59,918 nucleotides of DNA, taken from an uncultured Pseudomonadota bacterium (GTDB lineage: Bacteria; Pseudomonadota; Alphaproteobacteria; Rs-D84). The DNA is taken from contig CAMYYT010000003.1 in NCBI GenBank assembly GCA_947303585.1, positions 1 through 59,918 of the forward strand, in the 5' to 3' direction. Under the pieces are notes generated by a model that was given only the letters and a program-made list of their open reading frames with translations, did no database searches and was not told where the DNA came from. Below are positions 9,065 to 16,699 of the stretch, one piece after another (the stretch's first letter is position 1; each line of letters opens with the position of its first letter). The position numbers and the translations under genes were made by a program.

Positions 9065-9928
9065 ATGTTTCATAAAATTTGTGTTTTTATGGCGGCGGCT
9101 GGTGTTACGGGCTTTGCTATGGCTGAAGTTTTACCCCAGGTTGTCACATCCGAAGTTTTTGGTGATGTCGAAGAAGAAGTTGTTGAAGATGTTGTTCGTT
9201 ATGAACGACCTGTGATTCAACAAGATGTTCCTGCATGGCCTTTGGTTGGGTCCGAAGCGGATGTTGAAATAGCTTGTGGAGAACCAGGATGTGCCCAAGA
9301 AGATAAGATTGTGACCAAAGTTGGCCCCAGTTTGGTTATCGAAAACAATATCAACACGATTGGAACGGGTTGGTCCGGTGGTCCGAATATAAATAATGGC
9401 TTTATGATTCCTGCGGGGTTCGATTATGAATGTGCGAACAATGCGGAAATGCCGTTGATGCGTCGTGAAATGATGGAAGATGATGGCGGGTCTGTTTTGG
9501 CAATGTCGCGCAGCGCGCGCAAAAATTGTAATCAACAGTCTGATTCTTATGCGGTGTTTGCGCAACGCGCTGGTTTTGCACCTGAAAAAACATGTGATAA
9601 GGCTGCGTCTGATGGAACGATGGTTGCGGTTAATGAATATGCGGACGAAGAAAGTTCAGGTTTGACGCAAGACCAGGTTCGTTCTTGGGTTGTGACAAGT
9701 GGTCAGACTTTGCGCGAAGTTTTGCAATCTTGGTGTGACAAAGAAGGTTGGGATTTGGTTTGGACGACTGCGCGTGAATATCCAATAGAAGCAAGCGCTG
9801 TGTTCAAAGGACGTTTTGTGGATGTTGCGTCTGCGTTGGTTCGTAATTTTGAACGTGCAACACCGATTCCTTATGCGAAATTTTACAAAGGAAATCGTGT
9901 GATTGTTGTTTCTACAAATGAAGAATAA
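9065..9928 (+). CDS. Secreted protein with a TcpQ/PilL-like C-terminal domain (287 aa)
   Basis: Signal peptide MFHKICVFMAAAGVTGFAMA. The C-terminal ~85 aa (WVVTSGQTLREVLQSWCDKEGWDLVWTTAREYPIEASAVFKGRFVDVASALVRNF) resemble the TcpQ/PilL domain that partners type IVb lipoprotein secretins. Confidence 0.55.
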   Translation: MFHKICVFMAAAGVTGFAMAEVLPQVVTSEVFGDVEEEVVEDVVRYERPVIQQDVPAWPLVGSEADVEIACGEPGCAQEDKIVTKVGPSLVIENNINTIGTGWSGGPNINNGFMIPAGFDYECANNAEMPLMRREMMEDDGGSVLAMSRSARKNCNQQSDSYAVFAQRAGFAPEKTCDKAASDGTMVAVNEYADEESSGLTQDQVRSWVVTSGQTLREVLQSWCDKEGWDLVWTTAREYPIEASAVFKGRFVDVASALVRNFERATPIPYAKFYKGNRVIVVSTNEE

Positions 9929-9963
9929 GAAGCCTTTAATAAAACAATTGACGGGGGGCAAAA

Positions 9964-11595
9964 ATGAAAATGCGTTTTTATATATCTTTAATTGGTTGTT
10001 TGACAGGAATTCTGTTGGCGGGCTGTACATTACATGAATCTGCCAAAGTGTCCGCCGAAGTTGACCAAAACTTCGTCAATGCGTATGAGGCTTTTGAAAT
10101 GGCGAAAAATCCACGCGCCAAGGTGGCAAGTGGTGATACGGTCACTATGTCCGAAGGTGTGTGGTTGGGAAACAAATCTACATTACAGGAACACAAAAAT
10201 TCTTTGCCGGCCAAGTTTGAAACAGATACGGGTGTTACAATTTTGTTAAATGAACCTGTGACATTGCAAGTTTTGGCTAATGATATAAATTCTATTACAG
10301 GAATTCCTGTAAAGATAGATAGCCAAGTGGATACTGAAAAATTAAGAAAAACTGTGGATGTGGCTTATACTGGCAAATTATCTGGTTTGCTTTCGCAAAT
10401 TGCGACAGATTTAGATTTGCTTTGGTATTATGACAAAGATGCAATTGTGTTTTATGAAACAGAAACCAGAACATATACTTTGTATGCGTTGGGGACAGAT
10501 GTTTCATATCAATCTTCTGTCCAAACAGATAGCGGAAATCAAGTGTCTTTGGAATCTACCTTGAAAGAATGGGATGAAGTAGAATCTACTATTAATTCTA
10601 TTATAAATAATTCTAAGAATGCACAATTCACCGTATCGCGCAGTTTGGGAACAATAACCGTGACTGCGGCGCCATCTGTGTTGAATCGCGTTGGTGAATA
10701 TATCGCAAAACAAAATAAGCGCCTGTCTCAATTGGTGACGATTGATGTTAAGGTATTGCAAGTGTCTTTGGCAAATAATTCTGCGTTTGGTTTGAATTTG
10801 GCTGCGGCGATTAATTCTGCTTCTGGGTTGAATATCGTTGCAAATCCAAAGAATAATTTATCTTTGACAGAATCAAGTTCTATGAATGTCGCGGTGTTGT
10901 CTAACGCGGTTTCTGCTTTGACTGGGGCAACGCACATAGATGCAAGTGGTGCTGTGGTTGATGGAGCGTATACAAATGATCAAATTAATAATGGTTCAAT
11001 GGCAAGAATTGCTGGAACAAATGCTTTGATAGAAGCTTTGGCAAAGCAGGGCAAAGTGTCACTTGTTACAAATGTTGGGGTTACAACGCGTAATAATCGT
11101 GTTGCGCCTGTAACAAACACCAAGACAACAGGTTATATTAAACGTTTTGAATCAAGAACATTTACAACTGTGGAATCAAGTACTGTGGACCAGGCTGATT
11201 TGGAAACAGGTTTTTCAATGCAGTTATTACCAAATGTTTTGGAAAACGGAAAGATATTATTGTTGTTCAAAATGTCTGTGCGCGAATTGTTAAAGATGTC
11301 TTCTCAGACAATTGGTGCGGTCACATTGCAATTACCAGAAGTAGAAGAACGTTCATTTATGCAAGAAGTTATAATGGAATCTGGGCAAATGTTGGTTGTG
11401 TCTGGGTTTGAAAAGCAAAAGAACGACGATACAAGATATGGTTTGGGCGATGCTGACTTTATGGCTTTGTCTGGTTCTCGTGAAACATCTGCATCTCGTG
11501 AAGTTTTGGTTGTTATCTTGACGCCACAGGTTTTGGTAAGTCCGATGGATGCAGAACGTAGTATACAACAACATTGGGGCGCCCCCCTTAACTAA
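9964..11595 (+). CDS. Lipoprotein secretin (PilN/TcpC/BfpB-like), 543 aa
   Basis: Lipobox GILLAGC. C-terminal secretin-like blocks VTIDVKVLQVSL, GFSMQLLPNVLENGKILLLFKMSV, GQMLVVSGFEKQ, REVLVVILTPQVL. The N-terminal part resembles secretin N-domains. Confidence 0.7.
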   Translation: MKMRFYISLIGCLTGILLAGCTLHESAKVSAEVDQNFVNAYEAFEMAKNPRAKVASGDTVTMSEGVWLGNKSTLQEHKNSLPAKFETDTGVTILLNEPVTLQVLANDINSITGIPVKIDSQVDTEKLRKTVDVAYTGKLSGLLSQIATDLDLLWYYDKDAIVFYETETRTYTLYALGTDVSYQSSVQTDSGNQVSLESTLKEWDEVESTINSIINNSKNAQFTVSRSLGTITVTAAPSVLNRVGEYIAKQNKRLSQLVTIDVKVLQVSLANNSAFGLNLAAAINSASGLNIVANPKNNLSLTESSSMNVAVLSNAVSALTGATHIDASGAVVDGAYTNDQINNGSMARIAGTNALIEALAKQGKVSLVTNVGVTTRNNRVAPVTNTKTTGYIKRFESRTFTTVESSTVDQADLETGFSMQLLPNVLENGKILLLFKMSVRELLKMSSQTIGAVTLQLPEVEERSFMQEVIMESGQMLVVSGFEKQKNDDTRYGLGDADFMALSGSRETSASREVLVVILTPQVLVSPMDAERSIQQHWGAPLN

Positions 11596-11620
11596 ATAAA
11601 TTATAATAATAAATCTGCTG

Positions 11621-11668
11621 GTTGTCGGCGCGTTTATGTAGGTCAACTACACTGCACTTGCCGACAAC
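11621..11668 (+). other. 9-bp inverted repeat (GTTGTCGGC ... GCCGACAAC) with a 30-nt loop
   Basis: Perfect complementary arms at 11621-11629 and 11660-11668, just downstream of the secretin stop. Confidence 0.5.
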
Positions 11669-11711
11669 TTCGCATTTTCATCATTCTAATTTATTTATAG
11701 TAAGAATATTC

Positions 11712-11740
11712 AACGGCGCATTTGCGCCGTTTTGTCTTTT
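11712..11740 (+). terminator. Rho-independent terminator after the secretin gene
   Basis: AACGGCGCA tt TGCGCCGTT followed by TTTTG/T-rich sequence. Confidence 0.7.
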
Positions 11741-11772
11741 GTAAAATTTTTTATTTTTTTCCCCTTAAAATA

Positions 11773-11781
11773 TGATATAAT
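11773..11781 (+). promoter_or_regulatory. Extended -10 element TGATATAAT
   Basis: TGnTATAAT at 11773-11781. No good -35 box. It lies ~20 nt upstream of the SD of the leader ORF, and the sequence is identical to the -10 at 9024-9032. Confidence 0.45.
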
Positions 11782-11803
11782 GCATATCAAGAAAGGAATA
11801 AAA

Positions 11804-11896
11804 ATGTGTGTAACCAAATTGACAAAATTTGACAAAACGGCGCAAAGCCGCGGTTTTCTACACACACACACACACACACAGATAGTTCATTGCTAA
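11804..11896 (+). CDS. 30-codon leader-like ORF containing the (CA)10 tract: MCVTKLTKFDKTAQSRGFLHTHTHTQIVHC
   Basis: SD GAAAGGA 6 nt upstream of ATG 11804. Codons 20-25 (HTHTHT) are the dinucleotide repeat, and the stop TAA is at 11894-11896. It is below the ORF-track size cutoff. Confidence 0.4.
   Translation: MCVTKLTKFDKTAQSRGFLHTHTHTQIVHC
11860..11880. repeat. Perfect (CA)10 dinucleotide microsatellite
   Basis: cacacacacacacacacaca at 11861-11880. It is the only long dinucleotide SSR I saw in the window. Confidence 0.95.
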
Positions 11897-11940
11897 GCTT
11901 AAAGCAAATCGGGACGATTTGTTTTGCAACGAATTTTTAA

Positions 11941-11975
11941 CAGACCGAACGCATTGCGCGTTTGGTCTGTTTTTT
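11941..11975 (+). terminator. Strong intrinsic terminator (possible attenuator) upstream of the Cys-rich gene pair
   Basis: CAGACCGAACGC attgc GCGTTTGGTCTG forms a 12-bp stem with one G-U pair, followed by T6. It ends ~15 nt before AGGAG at 11990-11994. Confidence 0.7.
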
Positions 11976-12015
11976 GTTAAACACGAAAAAGGAGAACATA
12001 ACGAAATTTTTGGTG

Positions 12016-12420
12016 ATGATTTTAATGTTGGTGCCGATGATGTGTTTTGCAGAAGAGCCAAGTATGCAGATGCAAATGTTAGACAATGAAATCGAAAGAT
12101 TGACTAAGCAGCGGGATGAAAAATTTGCGGCGTTGCAAAAGTGTGAAGAAACAACCAAAGGCTTTAAGATAGCGGGCATTGCTACATTGGCTGCGACAGG
12201 TGTGGGAGTATACGGGAACATAAAACTATCACAAAAATTACAAGGCAAGGGCAGTAAAAAATCTGGTGGTGGCAGTGGTCTGAACACAAAGGTATTAAGT
12301 GCAAGTGAAAGCCAAAAACAGATGTGCGATGAAGAATGTGAAGGTTCTTATACAGATGAACACTGTATAGCACTTGATAAATGTTGGGCGGCTGCCCGTT
12401 CAGATTGTAGTTGTAAATGA
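12016..12420 (+). CDS. Secreted Cys-rich protein 1 (start uncertain: in-frame TTG 12010, GTG 12013, ATG 12016)
   Basis: Hydrophobic signal-like N-terminus (F)LVMILMLVPMMCFA|EEP, a coiled-coil-like segment, a GIATLAATGVGVYG hydrophobic stretch, a Gly/Lys-rich linker, and a C-terminal Cys cluster CDEECEGSYTDEHCIALDKCWAAARSDCSCK. The ORF-track start at 11962 lies inside the terminator stem. Confidence 0.55.
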   Translation: MILMLVPMMCFAEEPSMQMQMLDNEIERLTKQRDEKFAALQKCEETTKGFKIAGIATLAATGVGVYGNIKLSQKLQGKGSKKSGGGSGLNTKVLSASESQKQMCDEECEGSYTDEHCIALDKCWAAARSDCSCK

Positions 12421-12449
12421 TACTAACACAAAAAACAAAGGAGAAAAAA

Positions 12450-13049
12450 ATGAAAGTATCAAAAATAATGTTGGCATCATTATTAGGTGCTATCGCGATT
12501 AACAGCGTGATGGCTGATGAATATGATGGACCAAGAAACAGATGCAAGGCAAAATCAGACAAACATTGGGTTGAAAAAACAAAAGAATGCATACCGGCAA
12601 ATCCTTGTGATACCAATGTTGCAATAAATAACCCAGATGTATATAGTAAATATTGTACTGATTTTATAATGTCGGGGAGATTATCGAAGAATCAAGAGAA
12701 AATGGTTTATGATAAATATGTTGAACAGGTTTTAAAAACGAGAATAGTAGAACAGACATATAGTACAGCAACAGATCTTTCGCATATATTTTATGGTTTT
12801 ACATTACTAGATGGCGGCTATATTGTTTTTCAGCAAGAATTGGGGTTCAGTGAATCTGATAAGACACCAATACCTGCATTTGAAATCTGTCATGCTTATG
12901 GAAAAGGCACCTGTGGTGATGACTGTTGTTTAGGAGATTTTACCGATTCTCAATGTATAGAAATAGCAACTTTTGCTTCGACATTAACAGGTAAAACTTG
13001 TAACGGGACAATCGGTACATATTCTTGTAATATAAAGTGTGATGAATAG
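12450..13049 (+). CDS. Secreted Cys-rich protein 2 (199 aa)
   Basis: SD AAAGGAG 7 nt before ATG 12450. Signal peptide MKVSKIMLASLLGAIAINSVMA. About 12 Cys in the mature part. The C-terminal CGDDCCLGDFTDSQCIEI motif parallels protein 1. Confidence 0.65.
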   Translation: MKVSKIMLASLLGAIAINSVMADEYDGPRNRCKAKSDKHWVEKTKECIPANPCDTNVAINNPDVYSKYCTDFIMSGRLSKNQEKMVYDKYVEQVLKTRIVEQTYSTATDLSHIFYGFTLLDGGYIVFQQELGFSESDKTPIPAFEICHAYGKGTCGDDCCLGDFTDSQCIEIATFASTLTGKTCNGTIGTYSCNIKCDE

Positions 13050-13076
13050 TATTGTCGTTGGTAATTTATTTATGAA

Positions 13077-13122
13077 CATCGCCCATCCAGTTTTGCGGAA
13101 CAGGAATGGGTGGTGTTTTTTT
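13077..13122. terminator. Imperfect hairpin plus T7, bidirectional terminator between convergent genes
   Basis: CATCGCCCATCC ... GGAATGGGTGGTG followed by TTTTTTT. It lies between the 13049 stop (+) and the 13121 stop (-). Confidence 0.5.
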
Positions 13123-13435
13123 ATTTTATATTCACTGCTGTTGGGGCGTGATTTGCCATAATCGCTTGTTTGATATTGTCTGTGATTCTGCTTTGCAAAA
13201 TGGCAATATTTTGTTTGTGGTCGTCCCATTCGTCCATAGATTTAATTTCTGGTTGTATTAACAAGATACGCATATCTGTTAATTCGTTTTTTATTTTCTC
13301 GCAATCTTTTTCTATTGCTTGTTTTGATACTTCTGGCAGGTTTTCATTGTTTATATTTTTTTGTAATTGGTTGATTTTATCTTTTGTATTTTTGATATAA
13401 TCCCAAAATATAGTTTTGTTTCTGCTTAATAACAT
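13121..13435 (-). CDS. Hypothetical coiled-coil-like protein (104 aa)
   Basis: Lys/Glu/Gln-rich ORF with no signal peptide. No family recognised. Confidence 0.45.
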   Translation of the reverse strand: MLLSRNKTIFWDYIKNTKDKINQLQKNINNENLPEVSKQAIEKDCEKIKNELTDMRILLIQPEIKSMDEWDDHKQNIAILQSRITDNIKQAIMANHAPTAVNIK

Positions 13436-13540
13436 ATTTTACCCTTTTGATTTGTTCTTTTAATGCTTTTATACCATAAAAAAACGAGAAATCTATTTTT
13501 ATTTTGTGAAAAAAATTTTTTTGTCTATGGGTTTGATTAG

Positions 13541-13569
13541 TTGCAAAATTTAATTTGTTGGAATATAAT
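13541..13569 (+). promoter_or_regulatory. Near-consensus sigma-70 promoter: TTGCAA, 17-nt spacer, TATAAT
   Basis: TTGCAA at 13541-13546, 17-nt spacer, TATAAT at 13564-13569, ~25 nt upstream of the small ORF start. Confidence 0.6.
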
Positions 13570-13595
13570 CACAATGTGTGACAAAGGAGTTAAAG

Positions 13596-13709
13596 ATGTT
13601 AACACTTATATTTGTTGTATTGAAATTGGCGAAAGTATTACATTGTTCTTGGTGGTGGGTGCTTTTGACATTGGCATTGGATGGTGGACTTTTTGGTCGT
13701 ATATTCTAG
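13596..13709 (+). CDS. 37-aa hydrophobic peptide MLTLIFVVLKLAKVLHCSWWWVLLTLALDGGLFGRIF
   Basis: SD AAAGGAG 6 nt upstream, its own promoter, and a terminator directly downstream. The KL..V...SWWWVL motif recalls small bacterial/phage 'transmembrane Fragile-X-F'-type proteins (from memory). Not in the ORF track (<60 aa). Confidence 0.5.
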   Translation: MLTLIFVVLKLAKVLHCSWWWVLLTLALDGGLFGRIF

Positions 13710-13714
13710 TAATA

Positions 13715-13745
13715 AAAAACTCGCCTTTGGGGCGAGTTTTTTTCC
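13715..13745. terminator. Bidirectional Rho-independent terminator
   Basis: AAAAAA CTCGCC tttg GGCGAG TTTTTTT, between the small ORF (+) and the 13759 stop (-). Confidence 0.8.
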
Positions 13746-13758
13746 ATAAATTAAAATT

Positions 13759-14082
13759 TTATATTCTGGCTTTCTTTCTGCATGTTTCGCGAATTTCGTC
13801 AGCATGTTCATTTAATTCTTTTTGAACTATGGCTGATCCCAGTGGACCAAAAAACGCCATGCCTGGATTAATTTCGCGCAACTTCGCTTCCATTTCCATT
13901 TGTTTTCTAACAACACAAACGCAATACTTTTTGACTTTTTTTTGGGAAAGACTTTGATCTGAAGCAGATATACAATATTTAGCCTGTTGTTGTTGTTTTT
14001 CTGGTAAATCACTTAATTCGTCAGAACAAGATGCAAGTCCAGCACAAACGGATAACATCAAAATAATTTTAGTAATTTTCAT
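13759..14082 (-). CDS. Hypothetical lipoprotein (107 aa)
   Basis: SD AAAGGAAA upstream of ATG 14082. Lipobox signal MKITKIILMLSVCAGLASC. The ORF-track upstream extension has no SD and was trimmed. Confidence 0.6.
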   Translation of the reverse strand: MKITKIILMLSVCAGLASCSDELSDLPEKQQQQAKYCISASDQSLSQKKVKKYCVCVVRKQMEMEAKLREINPGMAFFGPLGSAIVQKELNEHADEIRETCRKKARI

Positions 14083-14229
14083 TTTTATTTCCTTTGGATT
14101 TGTGACAGAAAACAGGGTAATATGTTTGGTTTTTGCTGTCAATGAAAAACAGGAAAAATTTGATTTTGTAAATATGGGTTGATATAATTTGATCGTGATG
14201 TTGATTAAACGTAACAAGGGGTTTTAGAT

Positions 14230-16053
14230 ATGTGTGGGATTTTCGGTTATTGTGGGAACAAAAAAGCATCTGAAATTTTAATCGAAGGTTTAAAACGTCT
14301 TGAATATCGTGGGTATGATTCTAGTGGTATTTGTGTTGGAAATGGTTCAAAATTTTCTGTGTATAAACGCGTTGGTAAAATAAAGGTGTTGGCAGATTCT
14401 TTGCCAGAAGAATCGTTCGGTCATAATGGAATTGCGCATACGCGTTGGGCTACGCATGGTGGTGTGACAGAAGCAAACGCGCATCCGCATACTGATTGTA
14501 ATGAAAAAATTGCCATAGTTCACAATGGTATTATTGAAAATTATCAACAATTAAAAGATAAATTATCAGCCAAAGGTCATAAGTTTAAATCTGAAACTGA
14601 TTCCGAAGTAATCGCTCATTTAATCGAAGAAGTTTTTGATGGTGATTTAACCAAAGCTGTGAAGCAAGTCTTACCAATGCTCAAAGGGACTTATGGTTTA
14701 ATCGCGATGCATGTTGATTGTCCTGATGTTTTGGTAGGGGCAAGAAATGGGTCGCCTTTGATTTTGGGGATTGGAAATAATGAAATGTTCTTGGCGTCCG
14801 ATGTTAATGCGATGGTGGCTTATACTAAACAAGTTGTATATTTGAACGACAAAGAAATTGTCACTGTGACACCAGATGGATTTACAACAAGTGATGTTCA
14901 AGATAACGCAATTCACAAAGATATTACTACGGTGGAAATTGATGGTGAATCTTTCGATAAACAAGGCTATGACCATTTTATGATGAAAGAAATTGCTGAA
15001 CAGACAGAAGCGATTAAACGCGGTATGGTCGGGCGCTTAAATATTGATGAAGCAACTGGACATTTGGGCGGTTTGAATATGGGAAATGCTCAATTGCTGG
15101 ATGTGGAACGCATTGTGTTGGTTGCTGCTGGGACTTCGTATTATGCGGGAATGACCGCCAGTTATTTAATCGAAAATTTAGTGCGGATTCCTGCGCATGT
15201 GGAATTGGCAAGCGAATTGAGATATAAAAATATTATCGTAGAAAAAAATACTTTGTATTTTGTGATTTCGCAATCTGGGGAAACAGCAGATACATTGTTC
15301 GCTTTGCGTGAATTACAGCGCAAGGGTGCGCATGTGTTGGGAATTTGTAACGCAGTTGGTTCTACGATTGCACGTGAAACTGATGGTGGGGTTTATATTC
15401 ATTCAGGACCAGAAATCGCCGTGGCATCGACCAAGGCATTTACTTCGCAATTAACTGCGTTGTATATATTTACTTTGTTGATGGCGCGCATCCGTCATTT
15501 GTCTTTTGAACAGGGCAGGGAATTTATCAATGCTTTTAATGAATTGCCTGCTTTGATTGAAGAGATTTTATCAGCAGATGACAAAATTGAACAAATCGCA
15601 GATAAATATTATAAATCTCAAAACTTTATGTTTATGGGGCGCGGAATTAATTATCCTGTGGCAATGGAAGGTGCTTTGAAATTGAAAGAAATTTCTTATA
15701 TTCATGCCGAAGGTTTTGGTGCAGGTGAATTAAAGCATGGCCCAATTGCGTTGATTAATGAACAAACACCGTCGTTCTTTTTGGTGCCTGACGATGCTTT
15801 GCGTGATAAAAATATTTCTAATATGAAAGAAGTCAAAGCAAGGGGTGGAAAAATTATCGCTGTGTGTACCAAGGGCGATGACGAAGTCAAAGAAATTGCA
15901 GATGATGTAATCGAAGTGCCTAAAATTATGCCTTGTTTTTATCCGTTCTTGTTGGTGGTGCCGTTGCAATTATTCGCATATCATTGTGCTGTGAAATTGG
16001 GACGTGATGTAGATCAACCACGCAATCTGGCAAAATCTGTTACGGTGGAATAG
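14230..16053 (+). CDS. glmS: Glutamine--fructose-6-phosphate aminotransferase
   Basis: N-terminal MCGIFGY nucleophile, two SIS-domain blocks (ISQSGETADT, GRGINYPVAMEGALKLKEISYIHAEG), C-terminal NLAKSVTVE. Confidence 0.95.
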   Translation: MCGIFGYCGNKKASEILIEGLKRLEYRGYDSSGICVGNGSKFSVYKRVGKIKVLADSLPEESFGHNGIAHTRWATHGGVTEANAHPHTDCNEKIAIVHNGIIENYQQLKDKLSAKGHKFKSETDSEVIAHLIEEVFDGDLTKAVKQVLPMLKGTYGLIAMHVDCPDVLVGARNGSPLILGIGNNEMFLASDVNAMVAYTKQVVYLNDKEIVTVTPDGFTTSDVQDNAIHKDITTVEIDGESFDKQGYDHFMMKEIAEQTEAIKRGMVGRLNIDEATGHLGGLNMGNAQLLDVERIVLVAAGTSYYAGMTASYLIENLVRIPAHVELASELRYKNIIVEKNTLYFVISQSGETADTLFALRELQRKGAHVLGICNAVGSTIARETDGGVYIHSGPEIAVASTKAFTSQLTALYIFTLLMARIRHLSFEQGREFINAFNELPALIEEILSADDKIEQIADKYYKSQNFMFMGRGINYPVAMEGALKLKEISYIHAEGFGAGELKHGPIALINEQTPSFFLVPDDALRDKNISNMKEVKARGGKIIAVCTKGDDEVKEIADDVIEVPKIMPCFYPFLLVVPLQLFAYHCAVKLGRDVDQPRNLAKSVTVE

Positions 16054-16061
16054 GGGTGTAT

Positions 16062-16123
16062 CCGCTCCCGTTTAGCAAAATAAAAAATACACCCGTTGGG
16101 TGCATTTTTTATTTTGGTGGGAG
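16062..16123. repeat. 62-bp direct repeat, copy 1 (carries a bidirectional terminator-like hairpin and the last 9 nt of tRNA-Tyr)
   Basis: ccgctcccgtttagcaaaataaaaaatacacccgttgggtgcattttttattttggtgggag, identical base for base to 17114-17175. Confidence 0.95.
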
Positions 16124-16209
16124 TATGCTTGCACTACTCGAGCAGAAAACAAACAAGAGTTTACCGATTTAATGCAACGGGTAAAAGAGTTTATCACCAA
16201 ACACCAATG

Positions 16210-16653
16210 CTAAGCACCTTCATTGTGTTTTTCTTTTTCATTTCTGTATTTTTCTTGCCATTCTGCATATTCTGGGTTTGCCAGATACCCTTCTATAAGT
16301 TTAAGTTTGGGAACAGTTTTTAACACCTTTTCTGTTGTTGTGTATTCATAAACCCCATCGATCATTAGACATTTATCTGAATTTATGTTTATCATTTGTT
16401 CATCATAAAACGTCACGTTGTCTGGTTTTTCAAGGAAAACTACCATTCCGTGCCAACAAGACATTCCATATTTATATTCACATACGTTAGCCAAAGCTCC
16501 CCCTCTATATGATAAGGTTTGTAAGATTTCAAATCTTTCATCACTGAAATACGAACAATCTGGATTACGTATTTTTTCTGGTGGAACCGATAAATTAAAG
16601 GTAGAACTACACGCAGATAACAAAGAACCTAAAAATAACATTATCTTTTTCAT
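16210..16653 (-). CDS. Hypothetical lipoprotein (147 aa)
   Basis: SD AAGAGGAAAA upstream. Lipobox signal MKKIMLFLGSLLSAC. No family recognised. It lies inside the segment bracketed by the 62-bp repeats. Confidence 0.6.
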   Translation of the reverse strand: MKKIMLFLGSLLSACSSTFNLSVPPEKIRNPDCSYFSDERFEILQTLSYRGGALANVCEYKYGMSCWHGMVVFLEKPDNVTFYDEQMININSDKCLMIDGVYEYTTTEKVLKTVPKLKLIEGYLANPEYAEWQEKYRNEKEKHNEGA

Positions 16654-16671
16654 TTTTTCCTCTTTCTTACC

Positions 16672-16699
16672 ATTCTACAAAAAATTAACGTGAACTCAA
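16672..16699 (-). promoter_or_regulatory. Candidate promoter of the 16653 lipoprotein gene: TTGAGT, 16-nt spacer, TAGAAT (minus strand)
   Basis: Reverse complement reads TTGAGT tcacgttaattttttg TAGAAT, ~15 nt upstream of the SD. Confidence 0.4.

Noticed and set aside
11962-12015. ORF-track start (TTG at 11962) for Cys-rich protein 1.
   Set aside because: That codon lies in the 3' arm of the 11941-11969 terminator stem and upstream of the AGGAG at 11990-11994. The real start must be downstream (12010-12016, or a non-canonical codon nearer the SD), and the exact start remains unresolved.
13541-13825. 94-aa plus-strand ORF overlapping the 37-aa peptide gene.
   Set aside because: It starts inside the -35 box, has no SD, and reads through the 13715-13745 terminator into the convergent lipoprotein gene. 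The 37-aa frame has the SD and stops before the terminator.
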